A stretch of 64,000 nt of DNA from Trichoplax sp. H2 (Eukaryota), in assembly GCA_003344405.1 (NCBI GenBank), contig NOWV01000256.1, positions 1 through 64,000 on the forward strand, given 5' to 3'. Below, piece by piece: positions 39,542-53,860 of this stretch; the first letter of the stretch is position 1; each line of letters starts with the position of its first letter. The position numbers and the translations under genes were made by a program. The notes under the pieces are model-generated. The model saw nothing but the letters and a program-made list of their open reading frames with translations. It was not told the DNA's origin and made no database searches.

Positions 39542-39930
39542 TTAGCGGGATCCCAAAAATAATCTAATCTTACTGTTAAGGCAAAGTAAATATTCAATGA
39601 TTTGCCGACGTAAGATAGCATTAGTTGTGGCATATATTAATGGATTTTGAGCAATACTAAAAAAAGATAACATTAGTGTCATTAACCCAACTCTATAAGA
39701 AACTGTATAGTTTGTCTGATAAATTAGATAATTAATGACATTAACTAAACATAGCAACCCTAATAGTAGCCAACATAACATATTAGTACCAACGATTAAA
39801 ATGTTGTCCGAGTTGATTTTTTTATACTACTATAACAGTCTAAATTAGATACATTTTTGCTAAAAGCGATATAAAATGCAATTGCGTAACAGCAAACAGT
39901 CACTAATATCGCTCCAAATATAGTCAAAGA
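39542..39930 (-). pseudogene. GPCR-6, 5'-deleted remnant (TM5-TM7 only)
   Basis: SLTIFGAILVTVCCYAIAFYIAFSKN, a 1-nt deletion near 39800, then MLCWLL...NPLIY. Close paralog of GPCR-7; homology to the GPCR-7 CDS stops near 39931. Confidence 0.87.
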
Positions 39931-42673
39931 ATTTGCTATATAAAAAGTTTAACTACCGCTAGTAGCAATGAATGTAGCCGTCTCGAACCAGTAATGAGAT
40001 AAAAATATTAATATAATTCTAAGTAAATCTTGTATAAAATTAAAAGATCACTAATCCAATACAGTATATTAGCTTGCGATGGTAAAGCGATATTAGGTAT
40101 TAACTTATATAGAATAGAAATTAGTTAGCAATAATATATAATTTAATAAAGACCGGTAAATTAGTAAGTACGATTATACGGTAAATCAAGTAGACAATTA
40201 GTAGAAAACACTCACATATTTCTTTATCGGTGGTATCTGAGGCAGAATGTATGATCTGCAGAATTAAAATATAACAAATCTTCAACGAAACATATAAGCT
40301 AACGCTTCGGATATAATCGATATCCATTTAAAGCAAGAATGGACTATGGAAAGTAACAACAATCTGATAATGTATCGTTATAAATATCTTTCTAAACGCA
40401 TATCTAGATAAAGAATAAACCATTTTTTACTTTTATAATATAAGAAATCTATTATCTACAGACATTTGTAATAAGTTAGTCTTATTCTCTGACGTTATTG
40501 CTCTCATAAAATTTCAGCGCTTTTCCGACCGGTATCAATGTAATATGAATATGTATACAGACTGTTTATTTAACAATGAAATTTCATACTCCGGTACCTT
40601 TTCACAGTATTAACAATTATTTGCATTTAACTGAATTGAAAAGGCATTATAATTAACAACAATAAGGCACCCTAATGTACAGGAAAAATTTTAATGAAGC
40701 TAGATCCCATTATATATTTAGAGTTGTTGATTTTTAAATTTTATTATAAGGTTTAAACTATGAGGAGTGATCTTATAGTGTAAGTATGCGATTGTTATTA
40801 GTTACAATCAGATCCAACCTTACAATTACCATATTTGGTTAAGATATGGCTGCACATCCTGTCCAAATTTGGAAAAAGAGACACAAATTTATGTTAAAAG
40901 TTTTAAAATTCTTAACTAACTGTATTTATGTATTAGATTTCATTTAAAAAATTTAAATTATGTTCTATTTTTGTATAAATTAATCTAAATTTTCGAATCA
41001 AGCTCGGGCAATTATTGTAGTAAAACGCTTTTATAATATTATATTAATTTTTAAGTAATTTGTTTACAGCTAAAAATGCTATTCTGTATCATTGTATGTA
41101 CCGGCAGACTGTAGTTTACGCTGTCAATTAAGCATATTTATAAGGCCTCATGCCATGTGAAAAATTGCCTCTTCAGATTTTCAGCGCACCACAAGAGAAT
41201 AAAACATTGTCATAATAAGATACTGTTGATCATTAAAGAATGCTAAAATTATTAATTCGCCATATTCTACTTGTATGTCGACGTATGATTTATTGATGTA
41301 TTTTGAATTAATCAACTGCAATATGAGGGAAGTACTATAGCCTGTTAAAATCAGAATACTTTACTTTTGATATGCCAATCTAACCGACGAATCCTCTAAT
41401 AATGGAATCTAATAAATTAAAGAGTTTAGTATCTATTTCTTATCAGGGCTGTCCTTCCAACAACTTATGATTTGTTTACTTAATGGGTGCCCATACAATA
41501 TGATTTTATCAAACCTTGCCAGGTTCATTCTATTCCACTAACTTAATTTGATTTTAGATCCAAAATATTTCATAGAACCGATTTCATCGTATTATCTGTA
41601 ATTACTATTCGATGACAAATAGATACAATACTATAATCTTGATTTTTAAAATTATAGCTTTGCATTTTCTCATAATATGTCCGAATATATTATGGACAAA
41701 CTATAATATTAACCAGCAAAAGGGAAAACTATAGTCGCTCAATAAACGATTTAACAATTGTTTCCAGCCTAAAAAATTTCTAAATTAACACACAATACTA
41801 AAACTAAAATCGCATCATACATTTCTAGATCAGTCTCGTTATTTTGACGGTGAAATGAAATTTTACCTTAAAGTAACAAATGTTTAATGAATCTTGTTTA
41901 CACATCATTTCAATTTTAATTTTCCATACCACCATTTCGATAATTAAGGATTAATTTATGTTTCTACCCACCAACTTTAAAGTTAAATAGAAACAAAATT
42001 GAATAAACTTCCTCTGAGAATAAGTGCTTCAAGATGACAGTCTGTGTCATACCCTCCTTCGTATAGTATTTCCTTTTGTGGTTGTATGTTATAAACAAGG
42101 TAAATTTTATTTTATTAGAAATAGGAATAAGAAATTCTATTTGTAAAATTCATTTTTCTATGTATCTGATATCAACTGATAATACTTTACAATTACTAGT
42201 GCAAAACAGTAATAAGGAAAGTATCACTGATTAACTTGATTTATATGCTTCTAATATGCAATAGTATGGATAAAATTTTAGACGATCATCAATTAACCTA
42301 ATACTGTAGTTTGTTATTTTCAACAATGCGAGATACGAAAAACAGTTTAAGTCGAACTTCTGCATTTCTCTACGTAAATGAATTATTGGATCATAACAAT
42401 TCAGTTTCTGCTGTAAAAATAGATGTTAGAATGGTACCCGATTACAGTAACATCTTAGCCTACGACGATCTTCAAAAACGCAATTGCAGCTCTATATTAC
42501 GTTTAGTGTAAGTCGTAAACAAAGTAGTAGTTAACGCAATGTTACTAAGTTTATTTGTAAGTCAATAAAGCTAGTATCTCAGCAGATCCGATAGTTATAG
42601 TACTTCATAAACTATCCTATCTTCGTTTACTCAACATTCATTGAAGAGTAAAAAATCTGATTCTCCTAGTATC

Positions 42674-43261
42674 TGTCACAACCCTCACTTGTGGCAAAGG
42701 AAAGTAAAGAACTCTAGTGTAGTTACTTAAAACTTGGGCTATTTCTCCCAGTACTTTCAGTTTCTATGAGAGAAGTATTTGAGAACTCGATTTCTCGACT
42801 GATCTCCACAGACAACTGACTAATTATTACACTATTCTTCGCGATATGAGTGTTGCCGTTTCTTGAGCAATTACTTACTTTATTCTACAAACACACGCGC
42901 TTAAATAGGTTTCTACAGTGAATTCCAATATTAACGAGTGAGAATTCATGCTTTACAAGTTACATTAATTAGTATAATACCGTTACTAAATATACATGTC
43001 GATATTCTCAGACTTAGATAGCTACAAGCTATCAGGTGTTAAGACGCTTAACCTTCGTCCATATACAGCTCAATTTTTAGAGATTAACACATCTTATAAA
43101 CCTACAGTAAATTAACAGCTAACAACTTCTATTTTTATCTCATTTCTACCATACTATTATCAGCTACAAGCGCATTAAAACATAGCACATAACCTTATCT
43201 TATCTATTCATAAGCATTCATTAATTTACAGTTACTTAATTAGTAACGGCGTACCTTGACA
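42674..43261 (-). mobile_element. Solo LTR family F, 5-bp TSD GTATC
   Basis: gtatc|tgtcacaacc...gtaccttgaca|gtatc; absent at the paralogous site near 38935. Confidence 0.82.
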
Positions 43262-43810
43262 GTATCATATTTAAATCGACTGAGATTCATCACTCCATAA
43301 TAACTTTAGATACAATAATTGCTTTCTATTATTTAGTACATATTTATTATCTTCACTATCATCCACTAAAGTAAAAGCAAGTATCAGCTTGTAAATCCTG
43401 CTGCTGAAGAATACAGTAAATGCGATAAAGCCTTTTTTAGGAAGGTCTTTAGCCTAACGGCCTTGATGTAACACCACACAAGGATTTGACAACAGAATGA
43501 TATTTTAATTTAAATTTAATGTCTTGAACTGTATTACATAATGAGAAATAGATATTTTCTAGTTTTTCAGAAAAAACTTAAATTTGGAAGTTAAAAACAT
43601 TTGAATTTTAAGAACAAAAATAAGAACATAGATCTTCCGTAATGCAATAGCATTTAGTGCTGATATAAATATAGATTGTCAATATTATACGAAATAAAAT
43701 TTATTAGTCCAATTAATTTGAGATTACCAGGTACGTACATCACACAGTACTTCCATTTTTAAGTAAAAGTCTTATCGAAATAGCTGTAAAACTAACTTTT
43801 TTACCAAGCT

Positions 43811-44857
43811 TCAGCCGGTTTTACTCGATATGAGACTCGACTGCCACGTTTAAAATTTATTGCTGAAGTTCTGAATGATGATAATCCGAAAAATGATCTA
43901 ACCTTATCCTTAATTTACATTAGATATTTAATGATTTGCCGACGTAAGACAACATTAGTTGTAGCGCATATTACTGGATTTAGAGCAAAATTAAAAAAGA
44001 TAACATAACTGCCAGTAACTCTAGCTTGTAAGAAATTGTATAGCCTGTCTGATAAATTAGATAGTTAATAGTATTAACTATGCAAAAGAAAGCTAACGGT
44101 AGCCAACACAACATATTAGTACTAACGATTAAAAGTGTTGTCCGAATTGATTTTTTTATACCACTAAAACCAGCTAAAAGTGATATATTTTTGCTAAAAG
44201 CGATATAAAATATGACTGCATAACTGCAAGCCGTCACTAATATCGCTGAAGATATAGCCAAAGAACTGAATAAGAGGATAAGATAGTTACTAGCATCGAT
44301 CGATAAAGATACTTAGCAAACATCTTGAAAAGTATATTGGCCAAATCCAAATCTTTGTAAATTCAATAGAGGTAAAATAGCTATAGATATAGGTAATATC
44401 CATCCAGAAATAATCATTACTGCATAACGACGTGTTTGCAATTCCGAAATATATCTATAAGGATTAATTACAGCAGAACAACGATCGATACTAACGCCCG
44501 CTGCCACAACAAACGATGCTCCATTAAAATAAGAGAGTGTGGAGCCTTGAATCTGACAAATAAGCCTATATTTCTTATAAAAGATAGCAGCAATAATGGT
44601 TGTAACCACGATTAAGCCAGTAAAAAATTTTGCAACAGCTAGACTAGTCAGTAGGCAATAATTGTTAGACCATAACGTGGCTGAACGATAAATTATAGTC
44701 AAGTTAAGCAGATTTCCAAAAACCGAAATCAAGGCAATCAGAAATAGGATAGGAAGTGCAATAACAGCATTCTTATTTAAATACCCTTTGGAATGACGCT
44801 GGTAGCAGTAAAAGTCATTTCTACCGAAACAGAATTGATAGTAGTTTGGTTTGCCAT
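43811..44857 (-). pseudogene. GPCR-7 pseudogene
   Basis: ATG at 44857 (MANQTT) is out of frame with TM1; TAA replaces the ECL2 Trp (44313-44315); -1 frameshift in the A6 run 43993-43998 (A7 in GPCR-6); TM2 Asp replaced by Lys. The 3' end is approximate. Confidence 0.9.
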
Positions 44858-45960
44858 TTGAGCGGAAGAATAAACTTCATTTACGAAAGGAATTCAAATT
44901 AAATACCTTTAGCAATATGAAAAACAGCAACCAGTTATATTAGACTCACAATATACCTAGGGAAAATATAAAATTATATTCTATCATTGCAGTTACAATA
45001 CTTTAATTTTCAAGGCAGTACGATAAAATGATAATGCATACAGCTGATAGACGATGTTTTTTAATTTGATAATCAACTTTAGTATAAATAAAACCAGTTG
45101 CTACTCAGAAGGTAAGGAAGGGTTTATAATGGAAATTTCAATAACATCTATATTCGGCTATGGTAAACATAGAACTGGCATAGTTAAAGCAGAAATTCGC
45201 ATTATGTTATTGGTACTATCATCACTATTAATAATATTTTTAATATTATTACAGAAATATAAGACACTATGATTCAGAATTGCATATCTAATGAAGTTCG
45301 GTCATAGGAACTACAGCGTACTGCTAAATCTAACAAAATCGAAAGAACTATATAGCAAGATATGTTTATGAGCTAAGAGCACCGAAATTATATATTTTTA
45401 ATACATTTTGAAAACATTTAGCTAGATTTGACCGTTATCCCGTCAATATATTTCGTACATCTTATCCTATTAAACTGAATATATGAAATATGATTGGTTA
45501 AGATTTTATATAATAATTCAAAAATTCATTTGTTTTCTATCTGGAAAAATATACTGATAAAAACTTTCCATTTCGGCTAAGTAAAATTCTAATTAGCAAT
45601 TCTTTTATTTTGCGAGTATTTACAAGGTTTCAGAGATATAAACGAGTATATGATTGATTACGCAAATAATCTATACATTCCTTTGATTAAATTTATAAGA
45701 TTTCAGCATTTGGTATGCAATAAATTTTTGGTACTTGTAAAAATGATTATAATAAAAATTTTGCAGCCAGTAAAGGAAGAATATAAAACAAAACTTTTCT
45801 TCTACAAGAAGCAATAGCTGTAACCGTCTCGAGCCTCTGATTAGATATTAATACGATTATTAATAAAAATTTAATTAAACTATATAAGATTCAAAGATCC
45901 CTAAGTCAATACCGTATATAATATAAGCTACATTAGTAAGGGGCTATCAAGGTATTACGT

Positions 45961-46058
45961 TGTGACAGTGTTATATACTGTATTAGCGTCGAAATATCTA
46001 TGTTAGGATAATTCTGTTAGCCTATCCTTATTTAATTAACTTCTAATTCGGATATACT
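45961..46058 (+). mobile_element. Family A 5' fragment
   Basis: tgtgacagtgttatatactg...gatatact duplicates the first ~100 bp of 46130. Confidence 0.8.
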
Positions 46059-46129
46059 ATCTTATATTTCGTTCTTCAGATCTAAAAAAATTACAAAAGT
46101 AAGCCTGACTCATATTTTCCATGCCAGCC

Positions 46130-46760
46130 TGTGATAGTGTTGTATACTGTATTAGGGTAGAAATATCTATGTTAGGATAATTCTGTTAGCCTATCTTTAT
46201 TTAGTTAACATCTAATTTGGATATACTGTGTTTTAATATAGCTCTGACTTTTTATGACAGTGACACATATACAAATACTGAAATTAATAGTTATAATAAG
46301 GAATGCAAATCATCTACTTACAGTTCGAATCATTGTGATGGTAACTTACTTATGGTAGATTGTAAATTACCATGGAAATGTTCCGTGATAGGACACATCG
46401 TAATCTGACTATTCTGCATTAGTCATCAGATGTCTATGTTCGTAAATTCTGTTGTCTGCATTAAGGGAGCAGTAGCTATAATTAATATCTAATTCAGTAA
46501 ATGATTCCAAAGTTAATTGTACTAACTATGACTCATGAACTATTGAGGAAGAGTATATAAATGCAGTATATCGTGTAATAAAGAGGATTTCTTAAACTTA
46601 GTGTTTAACGTAAAATATAAGGCGTCTAAGTATTTGTGTAGTCTGCTAGTAGAGCAAAAGTGTTTGTGATACTGCAGATATCGTTCCTTGATACGTGGTT
46701 CAAGGAATTGACTTATTGATCGTACATTACGTTATGTTGTTGCAAAGCTGTTTTGTGACA
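46130..46760 (+). mobile_element. Solo LTR family A, full length (631 bp)
   Basis: tgtgatagtg...aaagctgttttgtgaca; tatataaatg at about 46554 followed by aataaa; no clean TSD. Confidence 0.9.
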
Positions 46761-46851
46761 GACAACCTTACATAAAATATACGTAGAAATTGGTTAGCGA
46801 TAATATATAAAGAATCAAAAACTGGAAACTTCACTAACACGATTATGTTAT

Positions 46852-47417
46852 TGTAATGTAACTTAGTATTGTGATTGTAGACTGCTAGCCATGTTTAGTA
46901 TAATGTACGTTAGCGTAACTTCTATATTTATCCTAAGATATTTTTGGTAGCCATAACTATAGACTGTAGTGGTATAGACTCTACAGTATGCTAAAGTACA
47001 GATGACTATATACAGTAAGAAGTTGAGTTACTAATAAGGTTAAAGATAAAATAGAACTGTAAATCATATATCAGGATATGGTTAATTCATTATACTTTAG
47101 CTGAGGTGAATAATATCTACGTAAATACTGTAATCGTATCCATATTGGATTAATGATGGTCCGCAGTAGAATAGTGTTACTGAGAATAAAGTAACTATGT
47201 ATAAAATAAGGTAAAAGGTTGTCGTGCGGATTGTAGCTGCGAATGCTACGAAAAGTATAAAAGCAGGCAACTTTAGATTATTCTATTAGTTCGTTCTAGA
47301 AGTTTTTAGTAGTAGTATTCGGCTAGAGTAGAACTGTTTGTAGTTAATCTTTGTATAAGATACAATAAAGCCCTTATTTTTCTAAAATTTGGAATTTCGT
47401 GATCGGTATATATCACA
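46852..47417 (+). mobile_element. Solo LTR family B, full length (566 bp), 5-bp TSD GTTAT
   Basis: gttat|tgtaatgta...tatatcaca|gttat; TATA-like gtataaaagc and aataaa about 50 bp before the end; empty paralogous site near 40175. Confidence 0.92.
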
Positions 47418-49591
47418 GTTATAAATCAAGAATAAGATTAGTAAAAAAGGTTCACGTAAACCTGAACTAGCAGTTGCTAAAGCAGAATATGAGACCTACA
47501 CTCTTGAAATATTAGAAATCTGCAACTGATCAAGTAAACTTATACTTCGAATACAACCAATATCCATTTAAAGCAAGAATGAAAAAGGAAAATGGCAATA
47601 GTCTAATAGTTTATCGTCGTAAATATCTTTCTAAAAGTACATCTGCATGAAGAGGAATACTTTTTTCCGGTTATAATATACGAATCTATTGTCTAATGCT
47701 ATTATATGCTAAATTAAGCATATTCTCTACAGTTTTTGCACGTGTAAAGTTTTAATATTTTTTGATAGGTATTCTTGTTATATGAATATTTATATCAAAC
47801 ACGCTTCTTTAATAATAAAACAGTTCTACTTTACCATCTTTTCTCATTATTGGCTGTCATTCAGATATAATTGAATTTAAAATTGATTATAATTTGAAAT
47901 AATAATGCAACCTTAAGCGAAAACCTTGCTAGGTTTTATTATATTTACAGAACCACTGATTCTGCTTATTCTATTGTAAGGTTAAACTTTTTATGATTAG
48001 CCCTCAGAATAGATATATAATTGCTTTTGTTGTAAAATTGTTATCTTTATTAAAATATGTTTATTAACTCTTTCTATTGATTATGTTTTCGACGTGCTAT
48101 CAGATTTATTGTTCTAGCTACATTATTTGGTTAAGAGATTGGTCTACACTAAATAAGTTTCCAATAAATGAATTAGCAACAAAATAAATAATGCATCAAC
48201 TTTGAGTAAGCACTTAATAATGACAGTCTGTATCATTTTCTCTAACCGGTTCTGCGATAAGATAACGAAAAGCAAAATTTTAAAATCTTCTCTCTTAACC
48301 ACTTATCATTCCAATTCTCAGTGATTTTATGCTTTAAATTTACTGCACATTAAGTAATGCACTTAAGAACTAACTTTATTATAAAAATGCGGCTTACATA
48401 CCTTTTTACTCTAAGTAGAAGTTACAATTATATTATTTTCTGATTTAATTTAAAGATAATTCCAATTTCTATACTACTTCATACAGGTTTACATTAATCG
48501 CGGAATTTACCGAAACCTGATCCAGTAATACATTACAGTATTGTTTACTGCACCGTAAACTTAGTGCTGTATACAGTTTTGCACAAAGTATGGCTGTAAT
48601 CCCTCTGGATTGCTTTCCAGTCATTTATCCCTTACTATCCAGTAAATTCAGACTATAATTAATTAAATTCTCAATTTTGCTTTCGTGTAGTCTTAACTTG
48701 ACAAAATTCTGCAAATTCCAAGTTAAATAAAATAATTGTACGATTTTTGCAAGGAATATAATGATACTGCAGTAACATAACGTGCAGTAAAAAATCGGTA
48801 GTGCGTAATTTCTCTCTTTTAGTAGTGATGGCCTCTAACTGATTACACTACCTAGTTTACAGTATATCAAGAATTGTAAAACTAATTCACTTTTCGGTGA
48901 CAGCAAGTGAATTAGTTAGACGTTCGATTTGTAAGACAACTCAAAAGTCAGATCGAGTTCTAGGCATGATTTATCTCGTGTTATAAGCGTATTTTAGCGT
49001 ATATTATAGTAGAAAATAAAGTTATACTAATTTAGATTTAAGGATATGCGATAGCTGACATTATCTATTACTGCTAAGCTCCATTTATGCACTCTATAGC
49101 AGTTAGTGAATCTAGTTTGAAGATATAAAAGCTAGTTATTGTTAAAATAATGACAGCTCTAGCTTTGATCTTGGAGAAGGCTGCTTTCTGTGCTTACAGT
49201 ATCTACCGTTAGAAGCAGTTTCTGTGTTATAAAAACGGTTTTTAGAATTTACAGTCGGTATATATGAGCTGTCACGTCATATTCACTGTATTTATTACTT
49301 ATATATGAATGTCTACGATTATCAATACATTCTTTTTTTTCATTTTCGATAGAATTTAAGGATCAAGATCGTATGTTAAACGATTCGGAAAGCATCTGCA
49401 AGATGTAATAATCATCTTTCGATGTGTAACACCAATCTAATATTTTTAATTAACTCTGTTTTAGCCTATTCCCTCTAAATTGTATTCTTCGAAATTAATC
49501 CTTCTAATAATTCAGATGCTGTTTTGTTGCAAATCGAAATTTCTAGCTAGAAAATTGAAGCAAATACAGAAGATTCATATAATGAGTCTAC

Positions 49592-50138
49592 TGTCAGGGT
49601 TATCCTGCTTACATCTACTCACGGTATGACTCTAAATACTGACGATCATTTCATCGTCAGGAGATTGCATTAAACTTCTTGCTTACTTCACTTCGATTAA
49701 ATTCGGTATCTTTGCTAAAGTTAGCATAATGATATCCTTTTTCACAAGAATAATAGTCGATAAAGATATAGCCTTCAAATTTATAAAATTTATTAAACCG
49801 CTATGTAAAAGATATTTTGAAGGTCCGTCGTGCAATTGCTCCTCTCCGCTATAGAACAGTTGAAAGCGGCTAAGATAGGCCGACAGTTGGACTTAGCCAA
49901 TTTCTACCCTATCGTAATTCCATACAAAATAAGATTACATTCTATATATGGTGAGTTCTTCACTAGAAGATCATTCGAGGCTGGAAACAACCCCGCGGCT
50001 AAGATGAGACGGTTAATTATCCTTGATCTTAAGACTGAAAAATCTCTATACAAATTTCTATATTATTCGACAGTAATCATGTTAGGATTTGTGCTCGATA
50101 CCTTAAATGCCTGACGGACTTTATAAGGTACTCTGACA
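49592..50138. mobile_element. Family E, TG..CA element of 547 bp
   Basis: Inverted termini tgtcagggt...actctgaca; locally higher GC; flanks gtctac/atttac could be a decayed TSD. Confidence 0.55.
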
Positions 50139-50406
50139 ATTTACTCTCACAATTCAATAACACCATACGAAAGTAGGATACTCAGTTATTAGAATCAACT
50201 ATTTTATTTAGAACACTTACGATGTCTTATTCGATATTGCGGTAACTGCTATGCGTTATATGTGATCATAGCATAGTCTATGATTTATAATCTCATCACG
50301 GTAATACCGTAACTGACTATAGAAACTATCAAAATCATAATAACTAAATACATCTATCTAGAGTATTAATTCACTAATAATCACTGAAATAAAACCAACA
50401 GAGGCT

Positions 50407-52005
50407 TGTCATAAACCTGCTTTCGTGAACAGACTTGGAATACTCTAACTACTCTAAATCACACTCCGACTAACTTCTGGAGATGTGTAGTATGCACAGC
50501 GAGGGAAGACTTACTTATTCCAGTACTGTAATTTAGCGACGAGTCTTTATTGAAAAATAGATTACTTTTGCAACAATGTTTCTTCACTACAACGTAATTA
50601 AGAAACTCCCCAATTAAGGATAAATATCCTGTACTTATATACAGTAGTTTAAATTTCACACGGTGCACAACTCAGGTGCTACATCAGATTTTTCTTCTTA
50701 TAGTATTGTTACTTAACTAAACTTGCCTAATCTAAACTAGTTAGATTACCCTAGATAAGTAACAATAACTGAGAAATGCACTTTCGGAATCTTCTAACTA
50801 TATCTTTATTCTGGAAAATGCAAGTCTAATTTAATATTCAAAATCAATCATTTAAATAGCTTTTCTAGCCATAAAACCGGTTTACGATGTGTGATATATT
50901 TCGATCAATAAGACTTCGCGAATACATTAAATTATTCCTAATCTAATGCAATGAATTTGTAATATTACTGTGACGGAGCTCGCTCCGAAATGAATAATAT
51001 TTTGATCTAATATGTGTAATAATGTTATGGAGGTTGCCGATCTCGACAACAACCTAGTTGTTAATTGAGTTTTATTATTAATTATCGTAGTAATATACAG
51101 CGTGGATATGGTGTTAGCAATTAAAATTTCAAGCTGTGAAGATTATTATGTTACGTAATAAGGTGCTAATTAATAATATTAATTTGTGGCAAGTAATAAG
51201 TAACACTCGAGCTAGTCGAATCTATAGTAAGCCTGTATTGCACATTCTATAATTTAATGTGAAAGATTAGCACCGATCTTATTTGTGTGAAATATAAAAC
51301 TGTATATAAGCTTGATTATTACTTTTTAATCTCAGTTCCACTGAGGCTAACGTAGGGTGCACTGGTACAAACGTAAGCAAGCTAGTAATAAAGATATTGA
51401 TTAATCTAAACCTATCGTTTTGGCTTGATTACTATATTATAGGAATAAGTTAGTTTTCCCTTACTGAGGATCTCCGGAGTTAGTCGGAGAACCATAAGAG
51501 TAGATAGACTAGTTTAGGTACGTTCACGAAAGCTGTTTTGTGACAGTTACTGAAGATTAACTTTATGTTTGCTCTAGCTTATAATTAACAGGATTTATAT
51601 TGAATTTACCATTGACAATTCATATACCATATTTAGTATAATTAAACCTGTATTAGGAACAGGTTTGTATCGGCTATATTAAGTCATAAAATAATTCATG
51701 CACATATCCAAGTTAATAACCATATTAACGTGATACATATACATGTCTAAATTAAGTAAGTTATCATTCATCACGGCAGATTCACTACCGTGACAAATAT
51801 GTTTAGCTTACTATAAGCTAATTGATCTTAACAACTATTAATATTCCCTTAGTCAACAACGCTGACTAATCTTGCAACTTGATAAATAAATATCAGTGCA
51901 GTAATTAACCCTTATAAAGTAATTAAATCACAAGTAATAACAACATAGGGTAATTCATCACCATATTTCTACGTTATCACACAACATGGAGCGAGCTCCG
52001 TAACG
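50407..52005 (-). mobile_element. Solo LTR family D3 (about 1 kb plus nested D2), 5-bp TSD AGGCT
   Basis: aggct|tgtcataaacctgctttcgtgaac...ggagcgagctccgtaacg|aggct; both termini resemble reverse complements of the D2 termini. Confidence 0.85.
50969..51545 (+). mobile_element. Solo LTR family D2 nested inside D3, TSD ATTAC/GTTAC
   Basis: attac|tgtgacggagctcgctcc...gttcacgaaagctgttttgtgaca|gttac. Confidence 0.85.
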
Positions 52006-52574
52006 AGGCTCTACAAAAGAATTTCAAGATTTAATCAGTAAAAGTCGATTTCATATCAAAGGTATTCAAAGCCAAATAAAAGATGTAAAGATATCTTGTC
52101 AGAAAATATTAAACTCTAAGTAATTAACGATTAAAAAAAGCAAATATTTAAAGTTTAAAGTTTATCCGTAACTATGGGCATTGCATGCTGAAACAGAAGA
52201 TCATCAAGTTACCTGGTACAGGAATATTCCACTATATCTCATTGAACAGGTAATAGTAAAAATAATTGCCTTATTTTAAACTTAATTTCCGTTTGTATCG
52301 ACAGTCAATAGCACCACGTTTTTGTTTGAAAATTTAGCGGTTTACGAATTTAACAGTTTAAAGCAGCCAGCTATTTTAGTTTTGCTGAGGTAAATCAATT
52401 TTTGCTCCATGCCTGGTATACTCTAAGTTCTAATTACCTCATTCGTCTTAACTGGCTAGGTTTAAGATCTATGCTTACTAAATAACATCTCGGCCGGAAA
52501 GCAAAGTTAGGCTAACTAGTGCAGTATTAAGGGTAGAAGCGTTACCATATGCAAACCAATAAACTTTTCATACA

Positions 52575-53498
52575 TTAAAATTCTAAATTTTTTCCTTTAT
52601 ATCATACCGCATTAGCACCAGCATAAATATAAGGATTAATAGCAACATTACAATAAGACAAGCAACATTACAATAAGACAGCAATAGTACCTCTACTTCT
52701 AGAGAGGAAGTAATTTCATGTCTGCTTTTAAAGGTTATATATTTAGTTGCACCTAGCGTACAAGTGAAGGCTAGCGGAAACCAGCACATTACATCAGTGC
52801 CTACCATTAGAAATGTTGTGCGAATTGCTTTTCTGAAGTTTTTTTAGCCTAAAAGTCTGGCATGTGAATTGGTTTGATAATAAACGATAATAAAAATAAT
52901 ACTACGGCAGCTGATGACCATAATTATAACAGCGCTAATTCTAGCTGCTAAAGCTGCTATAATGAATTGCTAGAATCTATTGCTAATGGTGACCTTAATA
53001 AAGGTTGCTGTCGATATTTTTCGAGCCTATACGATAGCAATGACAATAAAGTTAACCTAGCAAATGATATGGGAATTAACCTACAACATGTGATGATGAT
53101 ATACCATAGCGAGGGCTTTGCAAATGTGCTAAGTGAGTGTATGGATCGGCGACAGCAGTACAACACTCTATACTAATAGCTAAAGAAATAATTAATGATG
53201 TTCCTTTTAAACAGGTAATCATGAAGCATTGTGCCTGGTAAAGACTACCAATATTGTGGTAAAATGATGTGATAATCATGCAGGGCAAAGCAATAGCACC
53301 AGTAAGAAATAAACTATAGCTAAATTGACTAAAATGCTATTATTAAGACCATGTAAACTTGAAGTTTTAAAAATTACTACCAAATTAAATAAATTTCCTA
53401 GTATGGCCATTATTGCAATTAGATACTGAAAAGGAATTTGAATCTTCGACTGCGCTTGCTGATGTCCTTGAGCAGATTTGTTGGAACATTTTTTCCAT
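52575..53498 (-). pseudogene. GPCR-8, decayed pseudogene
   Basis: GNLFNL, SIECC, RKAIRTTFLMVG, CWFP and NPYIY spread over several frames; ATG at 53498 shifted by the T6 run 53489-53494; 20-bp tandem duplication in TM7. The 3' end is approximate. Confidence 0.87.
52641..52680. repeat. Perfect 20-bp tandem duplication in GPCR-8 TM7
   Basis: agcaacattacaataagaca occurs twice in tandem. Confidence 0.95.
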
Positions 53499-53522
53499 GG
53501 AATTAAATAGAATGTATCCACT

Positions 53523-53860
53523 TGTCACACACCACTAGTGACGAAGTAGTCTACACGCCAATCCTTACGGAGAACGCCACTTACTGAATTAAAGAGGTGA
53601 GATTAGCTATATTACCAAATAATTCAGTTCCAACGACCGAATACTATAGTATAATTATAGCGTCACTAATACTGTAGGCGAGATAGTCAGAGATTTACTA
53701 CTATTTATCACTGAATAAATCTTGGCACCCAAGATTATAGTCTTTACAATTCAATAGCAAATTGATAAACAAGTTAATTATCGAACTGACCAGCTAACTA
53801 AAAAGGGGTCTTCAGGCACCAGCCTTTTATAGCCTCGTCAGAAACTCCTGGTGCACATAA
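53523..53860 (-). mobile_element. Probable LTR fragment 25 bp upstream of the GPCR-8 ATG
   Basis: Begins tgtcacacaccactagtgacgaag, resembling the F/G termini; minus-strand gctataaaagg near 53825; far end not identified. Confidence 0.4.

Larger units (their letters stand above)
38920..48240. repeat. Old tandem segmental duplication (about 38920-42050 vs 42650-48240) containing GPCR-6 and GPCR-7
   Basis: Shared non-coding anchors such as atttaaatc.act.agattcatcact (38942/43269), tatccatttaaagcaagaat (40321/47561) and atgacagtctgt.tcat (42034/48220). Confidence 0.85.
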
